Assembly (NCBI GenBank): GCA_044222185.1
Contig: JBGANV010000002.1
Location: 1-64,000 of the forward strand
Direction: 5' to 3'
From: Planctomycetota bacterium
GTDB lineage: Bacteria > Planctomycetota > GCA-002687715 > CAIWVZ01
DNA length: 64,000 bases
The notes under the pieces: generated by a model
The model's input: only the letters and a program-made list of their open reading frames with translations
Databases searched by the model: none
What the model was told of the DNA's origin: nothing
Program-made: the position numbers and the translations under genes
Shown here: piece after piece, positions 51,858 to 60,895 of the stretch
Layout of the letters: every line of letters starts with the position of its first letter
Numbering within the stretch: position 1 is the stretch's first letter

Positions 51858-53408
51858 ATGGATCATTCCGACGCAGAAACGTGCCCGCCGTCACCGACGG
51901 TCGACTCGGGCGCCCCTCCTGGTCCTCTGTCCGCGCCAACACAACTGGCTCTGGATCAGTGCGCGAAAGCGACGCGGGGAGCCGTCCTCGTTCAAACGGA
52001 AGGGGCGAACCGGGGTCGCCGGATCGCTCTGACTCCGGGCGAGCACACGATCGGGCGGGCCACGTGCCATTCGATTCCGGTGGACCCAAATGTCGATCGC
52101 GCAGTGTCGTCCCGCCACGCTCGCCTCCTTTCGAGCGGCGATGCCTGGTGGATCGAAGACCTGGGATCCACGAACGGAACGCTGGTCGACGGAGTGCCGC
52201 TTCAGGGTGGCGCACACACCTTGCACCCCGGTGCGCGAATCGAGGTCGGCCGCTCGGTGGGAGGCGACGTCGCTGGCACCGTGGCGTTCACCTTCGAATT
52301 GGAAGGCGAAGTCGCCCAGGACGGGTTCCGTGCGGTGGACGCGCATCATTCCGCATCCGGTTCGGCGTCGGCACCGTACGCAGACGTGGGCATGGGTGTC
52401 GACGTTCCGCCGCCCCCCGCCATGGGCGTCGCGCCGTCGCCGCGACGGCCACGGTTCGCCGATCTCCGTCACGCCGTCGAAAAAGGCCTCGGCCGGATCG
52501 TCTCACTGCCGGCTCGCATCCGCATCGAGGGTCAGATTCGCGATGCGCGGGAGCGGCTGGCCCAATTGGCGCCTCAGGCTCAACCAGCCCTCGGGGCGCT
52601 GGGAGCAGCGCTTGCAATCGAGGCTCCGGACGCGGTGCGACGAACGCCCCAGGCCGGGGAGCTCCAGCGATGCTGCGACGAGGCCGCGACTCGGCGCGTC
52701 GCCCAGGATCAGCTCACCCGCGATCGCGCGGAAATCGCCGAGAAACATGCAGAGGAAATGGCGGGCCATGAGCTCGCGATCAACGAGGCGGAGGCCGTCG
52801 CCGAGGTCGCGCGACGCGCGTTCGCTGCGGCACGCACCGAAGCGTCGCGGGATGAACAGGCGGTGCGGACGTACCTCCGCGAAGTGCAGCCAGCGTTCGA
52901 CGCCGCCGCGGCTGGACTCCGGGAAGCGGCCGCGGTGGCCGGAGGCGCTCCGATCCCCGACGACCTCAACCAACGCCTGGCGGCGTTGAATGCTCACCTG
53001 TCGGTCTGCGAGCCCGCCGCGCGGCGACTCGGCGAGGCTCTGGTCGTGCCGGAGGCCGCAAGACTCGCTTCGCGCCGTACGGCCGACACGGCCGCCGCGG
53101 CGCTGCACGGCGCGGAACAACGTGTGCGCGAACGACGCGACCTCGCATCCGCGACGCGCGCGAGGCATGACGCCAGCATCCAGGCGTTGGAGACTCGCGA
53201 GACGGCGGCACGTCAGGCCCTCGACGCGATGGCGTCGCGGACAGCTGAGGTCCACGCCGAGCTCGGCCGCACCGTGTTCCGCCAACGCATCGCCGCGGCG
53301 CTCGGACTTCCGGCCTTCGAGGGTGCCAGAGCCGCGCATGCCGCTCTCGTCGAGCAGGAAGATCTGATCGACAAACTCACGGCCGAGCTCCGGGCACATG
53401 GGGGGTGA
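51858..53408 (+). CDS. FHA-domain protein with long Ala-rich coiled coil
   Basis: TIGR..VSSRHA..EDLGSTNGT (intact pThr-binding motifs), Pro-rich linker, helical C-terminal half. Confidence 0.88.
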   Translation: MDHSDAETCPPSPTVDSGAPPGPLSAPTQLALDQCAKATRGAVLVQTEGANRGRRIALTPGEHTIGRATCHSIPVDPNVDRAVSSRHARLLSSGDAWWIEDLGSTNGTLVDGVPLQGGAHTLHPGARIEVGRSVGGDVAGTVAFTFELEGEVAQDGFRAVDAHHSASGSASAPYADVGMGVDVPPPPAMGVAPSPRRPRFADLRHAVEKGLGRIVSLPARIRIEGQIRDARERLAQLAPQAQPALGALGAALAIEAPDAVRRTPQAGELQRCCDEAATRRVAQDQLTRDRAEIAEKHAEEMAGHELAINEAEAVAEVARRAFAAARTEASRDEQAVRTYLREVQPAFDAAAAGLREAAAVAGGAPIPDDLNQRLAALNAHLSVCEPAARRLGEALVVPEAARLASRRTADTAAAALHGAEQRVRERRDLASATRARHDASIQALETRETAARQALDAMASRTAEVHAELGRTVFRQRIAAALGLPAFEGARAAHAALVEQEDLIDKLTAELRAHGG

Positions 53409-53478
53409 GATACCCGGGTGCTGATGCGCGCGACTGCCGGGCCACCGATCGGCACAGAGGAATTCGGGGCAGGGTCGA

Positions 53479-53504
53479 TGCAACGGACGTTCGCGGAGAT
53501 CGCT
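53479..53504 (+). promoter_or_regulatory. Variant ECF-type promoter for the lipoprotein gene
   Basis: TGCAAC-N16-CGCT (one mismatch to CGAT). Confidence 0.4.
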
Positions 53505-53583
53505 TTGTGAATCAGAACGAAACCGTCCGCCACGCATACGGAGCGGTCGGTTGCTGAACCTCACTTCCATTTGGAGTAATTCG

Positions 53584-54195
53584 ATGAAGACCGGTCTCCT
53601 GGTGCGATTGACGGTGGCGGCGCTTGCGGTTCTTGGCACGCAGATCGTCGGTGGCTGCGTCTCGACGGAATACACTCAGACGCAGCAGGACGCGAGCACG
53701 GCAACGCCGATCGCCGGCGTTCAGGGTGTCGCAGTCATCGTCGAGTCGACGCCGTACAGCAACCAATTTGGACAAATAGCGCAAACCGAAGTCGAGGCCG
53801 CAATGAAGTCTCGTGGGTTCCGCGTGATGAACCAGAAGGCCATCAAGGACGCACTCGAGCACTTCAAGCTCCAGGAATCGGATCTCACGACGACGACCGG
53901 CCGAGCCCAGATCGGGGAGTTCATGAACGTCCAGGCCTTCGTCTACGTCGCGGTCACGGAGGCCTCGAACTTCCAGGAAACCGGTACCTGGCCCTTCCGT
54001 ATCGACCCGCCGATCCCGTCGGTAAGCGCATCGATTTCGATCAAGCTCACGAGCCAGGGGCAGGTCGAGAACCTCTGGGTCGACACGATCCGGAAGAAGT
54101 CTCAGGGCTCCGACCTCTCACGCCACGTCCAGATCACTGCCGATCAGCTGATGCGCGAGCGCTTCCCGTACCGCGCCGGCCCCGCCGCGGGCTGA
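53584..54195 (+). CDS. Lipoprotein with a CsgG/HfaB/FlgO-like domain
   Basis: Signal ending VGGC; VAVIV..EVEAAMKSRGFRVMNQKAIKDALEHFKLQES..AQIGEFMNVQAFVY pattern. Confidence 0.65.
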   Translation: MKTGLLVRLTVAALAVLGTQIVGGCVSTEYTQTQQDASTATPIAGVQGVAVIVESTPYSNQFGQIAQTEVEAAMKSRGFRVMNQKAIKDALEHFKLQESDLTTTTGRAQIGEFMNVQAFVYVAVTEASNFQETGTWPFRIDPPIPSVSASISIKLTSQGQVENLWVDTIRKKSQGSDLSRHVQITADQLMRERFPYRAGPAAG

Positions 54196-54304
54196 GATCA
54201 GGCGGGAACAGATCGCGCAACGATCGTCCCAATCGACGCCGAAACAGGCCCACCCTCGATGTGATCGACGGTGGGCCTCGTCATCTCCGCGACGTGCTAC
54301 CGCC

Positions 54305-54332
54305 CGCAACGCCCCACCGCCCCGAACGATCA
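54305..54332 (+). promoter_or_regulatory. ECF-type promoter for the MIIA-domain gene
   Basis: CGCAAC-N16-CGATCA. Confidence 0.78.
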
Positions 54333-54403
54333 ATCAGCATGCACCGGGAACGACCCGGGCGAGGCGGCGCCAATCGTGGATGCCGCGAGTCGAGGAGATC
54401 GCC

Positions 54404-55750
54404 ATGACGAACGTGAATCAGGTCAGCAGCGTCCGACGGCACGACATCGGTTTCCACCCCAAGCCCACGAGCCAACTGCAGGTCGGTGCAGGAACGATCG
54501 ACACGGGTCGATACCTGATCGAGATCCTGGGCCCTGGCGACGTGCGCGTGACGGATCGCACGAACAACACGAACTTCCGTGCCTGGGGTGATCCGCACAT
54601 CACGACCGGTGACAACGACCGTGCCCACTTCGAGGATGGACCGTTGACCATCGTCCTCCAGGACGGCACGCAGCTCACCTACGTGCCGACGGCGAAGGAC
54701 GCGAACGGGGTCGCGTGGCTCGACAAGCTCGCCGTCAAGCGGGGCAACGAAGCCGTGTGTGTCACGGACATCAAGACCGCTCCGAAGGTCGGTCAGGTCG
54801 GCCGCAACGCAGCCATGATCGACGGCTGCTTCGACCACGGCACTGTCATGTACGCTGGCGACCAGGTCGATGACCTGTTCTTCCAGGTTGACGGTCAGGA
54901 GCTGGTCGGCACCGATCCGCGCGGCGGTCAGTTCGGCGGCGAATGGGACCTGGATGGCCGCGGCGGAACGGCACCAACCTTCACGACTTCACCGATCCGC
55001 GGCACACCGTCGTTCCCGAACGACCCGGGCCGCCCGTGCGTTCTCCCACCGGCACCGCCGGCGATCTGGAACATGATCGAGAAGGGCCTCGCGGAACTCC
55101 TCCAGGGCGGACAGAACCCATTCGGCCACATGGACCCGCTGCGCGGGCTCGGCGCCCTTCTCATCCGCCAGTTGCTCCAGCAGTTCTGGTCGAACCTGGG
55201 CGGCGACGTGCCGTTCAAGCCGATCGGACCGCCGCAGAACGGCGGCTGCTTCGGACGCCCGGTTCATGCGCTGCGAGACTCTGCCTCGACCCCCGCGAAC
55301 GGCCAGGCGCCGGCGAATCTCGGAACGACGGGCTCCGTCGGGTCGAAGGGCAACTCGGTCGGCGGCAGCTCGGCCGGTGGGACCTCCGCGGCGGATGGCG
55401 TCACGTCGAACAACCGGGTCTACGGCGGAAAGTACTCGAGCAACGTCGACATCTTCACGCTCATCGCCATGATCCTTCACGACATGCAGGCCGACCTGGC
55501 GACCAAGGCGCAGGAACTCGCGAGCGTCTCGAACGAGATCAACACGCTCCGGGGCCAGTCGCCCCAGGGCGGCCAGCAGGCCGGCGGCGACACCACTCAG
55601 ATGTCGAACCTCGAGTCGAAGCGCAGCCAGCTCCTCTTCGAGATCGAGCAGCTCAAGCAGAAGATCACGGAGATGTCGGATCTGCGATCGAACATGTCGA
55701 AGACCGATCACGAGACCGCCATGACGATGATCCGGAACGTCGGGAACTGA
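54404..55750 (+). CDS. DUF1521/MIIA-like autocleavage-domain protein with a needle(SctF)-like C-terminal helix; candidate type III substrate
   Basis: GAGGAG SD; no signal peptide; RAWGDPH..LQDGTQLT; G/S/T-rich linker; C-terminus LLFEIEQLKQKITEMSDLRSNMSKTDHETAMTMIRNVGN. Confidence 0.8.
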   Translation: MTNVNQVSSVRRHDIGFHPKPTSQLQVGAGTIDTGRYLIEILGPGDVRVTDRTNNTNFRAWGDPHITTGDNDRAHFEDGPLTIVLQDGTQLTYVPTAKDANGVAWLDKLAVKRGNEAVCVTDIKTAPKVGQVGRNAAMIDGCFDHGTVMYAGDQVDDLFFQVDGQELVGTDPRGGQFGGEWDLDGRGGTAPTFTTSPIRGTPSFPNDPGRPCVLPPAPPAIWNMIEKGLAELLQGGQNPFGHMDPLRGLGALLIRQLLQQFWSNLGGDVPFKPIGPPQNGGCFGRPVHALRDSASTPANGQAPANLGTTGSVGSKGNSVGGSSAGGTSAADGVTSNNRVYGGKYSSNVDIFTLIAMILHDMQADLATKAQELASVSNEINTLRGQSPQGGQQAGGDTTQMSNLESKRSQLLFEIEQLKQKITEMSDLRSNMSKTDHETAMTMIRNVGN

Positions 55751-55807
55751 GCGAGCAGCGCCGGACGGCGGGGCGCTCGCCCCCTGCATCCCGAGGCGCG
55801 CGCGACA

Positions 55808-55834
55808 CCCACGGACGGCACTGCCGCCCGTGGG
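55808..55834 (+). terminator. GC hairpin after the MIIA gene
   Basis: CCCACGGACGGCACTGCCGCCCGTGGG; no U tract. Confidence 0.4.
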
Positions 55835-55887
55835 TGTCGGCATGTCAGGAGTCCTCTTCCGCGGGTGCAACCACTGGGGAATCCCAC

Positions 55888-55914
55888 TGCAACCAAGGGC
55901 CGCCGAAACGATCA
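55888..55914 (+). promoter_or_regulatory. ECF-type promoter for 55986..57221
   Basis: TGCAAC-N15-CGATCA; a second TGCAACCA lies 22 bp upstream at 55866. Confidence 0.7.
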
Positions 55915-55985
55915 CCAGGCAGTCGGTCGCAGCAACGTGCGCGATCGCGAATCACCGCCCATCAAGAGGACTGGGGAGAACGTCA

Positions 55986-57221
55986 ATGAGTTTCGGATTG
56001 GGAAGCCTGACCAAGGGGATACGGGACGTCGCGAAGGATGCCGTGGAATCAGTCGCTGGGAAAGCGGTCGACGCCGTGAAGGGAGTCGCGAAGGACGCGG
56101 CCAAGACGGTGGTGAAAGGCGGCCTCGCCTACGTCACCGGCGGCGCGTCGCTCCTCTTCGACAAGCAGATCGACAAAGCCATCGACAAGGGGATCGACAA
56201 GCTCGCCGATCGAGGCGAGAAGTACCTCGACCGCGCGGCCGACAAGCTGTTCGACGACGTCGAGGGACAGTTCGTGAAGCGGTCGAACGGTTCTGGCACC
56301 TCGGCTGACCTGCCATCGAACGATGAGCTGCGCCAGTCGTTCGTGGGCGACGTGCGAGGACTCATCGCGCCCCAGACTGGGGGCGCCGGCGTCGCGAAGA
56401 ACATCAACCCCGCCGCGGCAGCGTTCGTCGACGCGATCAAGCCGGCGGATGGAAAGAACATCAGCGAGGAACAGCTCTTCGCACTCGGCGCGTTCATCCG
56501 CACGGCCGCGCTCGCCGGACCCGCGGCGGCCCAGAAGTTCCTGGAGCAGTTCGCGGCACAGGCGTCGAAGCTCGGCGCAGGTGGCGGATCGGTGCCCGTC
56601 GAGAAGGCTACGGTCGCCGCGCTGCAGGACATGGTGAAGTCCGGCGCACTCCCGGCGGAACAGGCGGACAGGATCTACTCCGAAGCCTTCGCCGGCGCTC
56701 AGCTCGATCGCGACGCGTCGCAACTGTTCGACGGGACTGGCGGACCCAACGACCCGACGCAAGCCACGGCCCCGCTCGAGCAGGGACTGGGGAGCCTCTT
56801 CGATCGCCTGAACGGGTTCGGCAATGGGCAATCCGCAGCGCCACGCAAGCTCGCCGAGGCCAGGCCGGACGCGCGGCCGACGACCGCTCCCGGCGGCTCG
56901 GCGCCGGGATCGCGGGGCGGCATTCGCGTCGACGGTCCCCAGGGTTTCCTGTTCAAGCCGGTCTCCGACAGCGACGGGAAGCTCGTGGTGCTCCTCCCGA
57001 AGAAGTTCAGCGGAAAGGTGAAGAGCCTCGTCATCCGCGACTCGACGGGGAAGGTGATCGACAAGGGCCGTGCAACCGGTATCGGCAACGGCGATCGCGA
57101 GCACTTCCGCTTCAAGAAGGCGGGTGCGAGCTATCCCCCGAACGTCACCGTCGAGGTCACGCTCGAAGACGGAACGACGAAGAGCTGGCCCATCGGCGAC
57201 CCCTCGCAGCGCTACGACTGA
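55986..57221 (+). CDS. Hypothetical protein: amphipathic helical N-terminus, helical core, small beta C-terminal domain
   Basis: Purine-rich SD region, typical codon usage, no signal peptide; repeats such as DKAIDKGIDKLAD. Confidence 0.85.
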   Translation: MSFGLGSLTKGIRDVAKDAVESVAGKAVDAVKGVAKDAAKTVVKGGLAYVTGGASLLFDKQIDKAIDKGIDKLADRGEKYLDRAADKLFDDVEGQFVKRSNGSGTSADLPSNDELRQSFVGDVRGLIAPQTGGAGVAKNINPAAAAFVDAIKPADGKNISEEQLFALGAFIRTAALAGPAAAQKFLEQFAAQASKLGAGGGSVPVEKATVAALQDMVKSGALPAEQADRIYSEAFAGAQLDRDASQLFDGTGGPNDPTQATAPLEQGLGSLFDRLNGFGNGQSAAPRKLAEARPDARPTTAPGGSAPGSRGGIRVDGPQGFLFKPVSDSDGKLVVLLPKKFSGKVKSLVIRDSTGKVIDKGRATGIGNGDREHFRFKKAGASYPPNVTVEVTLEDGTTKSWPIGDPSQRYD

Positions 57222-57240
57222 GCGGCCTTTCGCGCCAGCC

Positions 57241-57263
57241 GGGCCGTCGATCCGCGACGGCCC
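57241..57263 (+). terminator. Perfect 9-bp hairpin after 55986..57221
   Basis: GGGCCGTCG-ATCCG-CGACGGCCC. Confidence 0.45.
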
Positions 57264-57328
57264 GCTCGCGCGATGTGAGCGACCAGGTCCTCCACCGGCA
57301 CACCTTTCTCCGAGTCCCCGGACGTTTC

Positions 57329-57356
57329 CGCAACAAGTCCGCCATGGCTGCGATGA
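57329..57356 (+). promoter_or_regulatory. ECF-type promoter for the membrane kinase
   Basis: CGCAAC-N16-CGATGA, ending 10 nt before the ATG. Confidence 0.72.
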
Positions 57357-57366
57357 GAGGGGCATC

Positions 57367-60300
57367 ATGACCTGGGATCAAAACACAGACTCCATCCTCG
57401 TCCGAGTCCCCGAAGCCAACGGATACAAGGTCCTCGAGGACTGCATCCTGTACTCACGCATCGGTGAGGGCGGATTCGGCGCCGTCTACCAGGCGTTCCA
57501 CATGCGCATGGAGATGGACGTCGCCGTCAAATGCATGAAGCCGCAACTCGACGCGGGCCCCGCCCTCCGGGCCGAGCTGCAGAAGCGCTTCGTTCGCGAG
57601 GCGCAATTCGGAGCCCGGATCACCCATCAGAACCTGGTGGGAATCAAGGACGTCCGGACCGCTCACGACGTCGACTACATCGTGATGGAGTACATCCGCG
57701 GCGAGAACGCCGAGCAGCGTCTCCGCCGCAAGCGCGTGCTCTCGGTCCCTGAAGTCACGTCGATCGTCCGGTTCGCTGCGCTCGGCCTCGCGGAAGTCCA
57801 CAGCCGGACGAGCGAAGACGGAGAGCCGTGCGCTCATCGCGACGTCAAACCCCAGAACATCATGGTGGCGACGACGGGACGCGTGAAGATCCTCGATCTG
57901 GGACTCGTGCGCTCGCGCCAGGCCAACTCGAGTCATACGTCCTTGGGAATGGGCGCCGCCGGCACACCGCCTTACATGCCACCGGAGCAGTTCGACAGCT
58001 TCGCATCGGCCGGTCCAGCGGCCGACGTCTGGGCCCTGGGCGCGACGCTGTACTCGCTCCTGACCGGCGAGGCGCCGTTCCGCGGCAGCGAACACGAGAT
58101 CAGGAAGGCCGTCACCACCGGGGCCTTCCCCGACGTGGCGGCGAAGCGTGCGGATGTCCCTGCGGCACTTCGCGCCATCATCGAACGATGCACGCGAAAA
58201 GATCCGTCGGAGCGGTTCCGGACGGCCGCCGAGTTCGCGGTCGCTCTCGACCCGTTCGCCACGCTTCAGGAGGCTGACCTGGCAGATCAGAATGCCGGAC
58301 GCGACGGTGATCCGTCGCCGTTGGGCCGACCGTCAGCGGAGACGGTGGCATCCATCCAGCACGAGATCGGTGCCGCACACACGCCGCCATTCCCCGCGAC
58401 GTTCCCGCCGACGGTGCCGCCACCGCCCCATCGATCGCCCGTCGCCCGCGCAGCCGCGATCCTCTGCGTGATCCTCTCAGCGGTCGGCGGTTACCTGTGG
58501 CTTGCGGCCGACGAGGGGTGGCCACCGTTCCGGCCGTCGCCATCGCCGAACCCGCATCCAGGCCCGACGCCGGTCGTCGAGAAGTCGTTCCGAACCGTGG
58601 CGATGAAAGACCTGTGCGACGTCTCGATCGGCCAGGCGGACGGTACGCGCAGCGGGCCGGAGAGCCGACCGATGCAGCGCTTCGCGGCGCTCGAGGCTCC
58701 CAGCCTGCCGCCCTTCACTGCCGAGCAGGTCGTGGTGAACGTCAAACGTCACCGTGCTGCGACGCGGATCTCCGTGACCGTTGGATTGAACCGCGCTCAG
58801 CTGACGCCGAACCCAAAACCCGACCACGACGAGTACACGGTCGACATCCCCGTGGGGACGACGAGCCTCCACCTGGAGGCCGTCTTCGATGATCCAACGG
58901 AGCATCTCGACGCCTCGGCAACGCTATCGCTCACTCGGGAACGAGCGACGGTCCCGTTCGACACGCTCGCGCGAATCGAGTGGCGGTGCGAGCCAGGCGC
59001 GGCGTACGGCGCACCACCCGCAACGACGACGGCGGAGTCACTCGACGTCCGTATCGTCCCCGCAAGCCCCGCGGCCGATCTGACGCACGTGACGCTGGAA
59101 TGCGCTGGCACGCCGATCCCGCTCGATGCTCTGGCTGCCGGTACGTCCGAGGCTCGCATCCCGCTTGGCGCTGCCGGAAGGAAGACGGTCACATGCTTCG
59201 TGTCGACCGCGACGAAGGAGGCGACATCCACCGTCGTGATCGAGCGCTCCGAGCCCGAGCGTCGCCCCGCCGCGCCGATCGCCTTGGCGCCGAAGACTCC
59301 GTTGAAGTCGAATGCGGACTCGTGCGAGGTCCTGCTCGAGGGGCCCCCTGAGAAAACGGTCGTGACCCTCGTGACGCTACGTGGGCGAACGACGGTGAAA
59401 ACGCCCATGTCGGAACCGTTCGACCGGACACGCGTCCAGTTGTCCTGCCGCGTGAGCGGGCAGACGCCCATGGTTCTCGACGACAAGGCCGCCCGCTCCA
59501 CGCTCGCGCTCGCTCAAGCCGATTCGGCATTGTCGACGAGTGCCGACGTGGAGGTCGTCGCGAACTGGCACGACGTCCCCCTCGCCCACATGACGGCAAC
59601 CATTCACGTGGATCGTCAGCCACCGACGTTCCAGTTCCGGGAGTGGGAAGACATCGACGGCCTGAAACTGGCGATGTCCTATCTCGAGGGAAATCCGCGA
59701 CTCACGGCGCGCCTTCACGTCTCCGAGCCGATCGAGGTCGTCGATCCACCCTCCGACTCGACGATCGCCCTGGTCAACCCGACGACGATCCAGGTCGGGA
59801 CTCCGCTCCTGCCGTCAGGAGCGTCAGTGTCGGTATCGGTGCGCGACGCGGCTGGAAACGAGGCCCGGTTCGATCGCACCTTCGAAGACGCACTCGCCTA
59901 CGCACGCAAGCGCCTGCCGCTCGGCGATGATCCGGCCAAGGGTCGGCGGTTCCTCGTCCTGCCGTTCTTGCCCGAGAAGCCAGCGAAGCAGTCCATCGAA
60001 CGCCGCGCATTCGCGCCGGTCTTCGATCCGAACGCGGTGAAGGGCGAGTACGAAGCGGATCGCATCACGACCGAGTGTCGTGACGAAGTGGTCCGGCGGC
60101 TGCGCGAACTCGTGCCGAACGTGGAGCTCATCGACAACCGTGAGGTCGACTCGATCCTGGGCGTCATCGACCCGCCAAGCCCCGGGGTGATCAATGCGGC
60201 CGCCCTGAATGGCAGCTTCGACCATGGGGTCGCAGCCCGACTCGCGGTGATCCTCCGGGCAGACGGCTGGATCCAGGGATCGTTCAAGCTCCTGACGGAT

Positions 60301-60591
60301 GGCGCACCGGAGAACGTGAGCTACCGCGTCGACGCGCAACTCACCCTCACCCTGTACGCCGTGAACGCGGACGGGACCGCCACCGAGCGTGGCCGCGTCG
60401 ACCTGCGAGCCAAGGGGGCCACGAGCAATCAAAATCGCCGCGACATCGTCGACGTCGTCCGGCCGGAGGCCGTTCGAAATGCTCTGCAAGTCATGATCGG
60501 CAAATATATTAGGAAGCTCGACACCGCCGAGCTTCCGCCGCTCCATCTGACGGATTTTCCAAGGACTCTCGGAGACGCCACGAAGCGATGA
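57367..60591 (+). CDS. Transmembrane Ser/Thr kinase with extracytoplasmic Ig-like segments and a C-terminal CsgG/FlgO-like domain
   Basis: GEGGFG, VAVK, HRDVKPQN, DLG, GTPPYMPPEQ; TM AAILCVILSAVGGYLW; VDRQPP..VRDAAGN; FLVLPF..ELIDNREVDSIL..LRADGWIQGS. Confidence 0.9.
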   Translation: MTWDQNTDSILVRVPEANGYKVLEDCILYSRIGEGGFGAVYQAFHMRMEMDVAVKCMKPQLDAGPALRAELQKRFVREAQFGARITHQNLVGIKDVRTAHDVDYIVMEYIRGENAEQRLRRKRVLSVPEVTSIVRFAALGLAEVHSRTSEDGEPCAHRDVKPQNIMVATTGRVKILDLGLVRSRQANSSHTSLGMGAAGTPPYMPPEQFDSFASAGPAADVWALGATLYSLLTGEAPFRGSEHEIRKAVTTGAFPDVAAKRADVPAALRAIIERCTRKDPSERFRTAAEFAVALDPFATLQEADLADQNAGRDGDPSPLGRPSAETVASIQHEIGAAHTPPFPATFPPTVPPPPHRSPVARAAAILCVILSAVGGYLWLAADEGWPPFRPSPSPNPHPGPTPVVEKSFRTVAMKDLCDVSIGQADGTRSGPESRPMQRFAALEAPSLPPFTAEQVVVNVKRHRAATRISVTVGLNRAQLTPNPKPDHDEYTVDIPVGTTSLHLEAVFDDPTEHLDASATLSLTRERATVPFDTLARIEWRCEPGAAYGAPPATTTAESLDVRIVPASPAADLTHVTLECAGTPIPLDALAAGTSEARIPLGAAGRKTVTCFVSTATKEATSTVVIERSEPERRPAAPIALAPKTPLKSNADSCEVLLEGPPEKTVVTLVTLRGRTTVKTPMSEPFDRTRVQLSCRVSGQTPMVLDDKAARSTLALAQADSALSTSADVEVVANWHDVPLAHMTATIHVDRQPPTFQFREWEDIDGLKLAMSYLEGNPRLTARLHVSEPIEVVDPPSDSTIALVNPTTIQVGTPLLPSGASVSVSVRDAAGNEARFDRTFEDALAYARKRLPLGDDPAKGRRFLVLPFLPEKPAKQSIERRAFAPVFDPNAVKGEYEADRITTECRDEVVRRLRELVPNVELIDNREVDSILGVIDPPSPGVINAAALNGSFDHGVAARLAVILRADGWIQGSFKLLTDGAPENVSYRVDAQLTLTLYAVNADGTATERGRVDLRAKGATSNQNRRDIVDVVRPEAVRNALQVMIGKYIRKLDTAELPPLHLTDFPRTLGDATKR

Positions 60592-60645
60592 GAAGCGGAC
60601 GCGGCGGCTGCCGCGCCCCCCGCCCGAGAGAATTTCGCACCGACG

Positions 60646-60672
60646 AGCAACGACCCGTTCCCGATTGCGATT
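60646..60672 (+). promoter_or_regulatory. ECF-type promoter upstream of the ECF sigma gene (possible autoregulation)
   Basis: AGCAAC-N16-CGATT. Confidence 0.62.
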
Positions 60673-60895
60673 GGAGGATGTCATGCAAACATCCACCCCC
60701 GAACTCGACGTTCGTTCTGGCAACCGAAAGAAGTCCGTCCGAGACCCGCGCAAAGTGGACGGATCGGCACGAGGACTGGGGGCGCAGCTGACCCTCCCCG
60801 CGGGGAGCCCGAAAATGACTTCGGCCAATCGCAACGACGACGGCACGGTGCCATGTCTTCCCGGCACGGGACGAGGCACGACTCCGGGAGACGTC

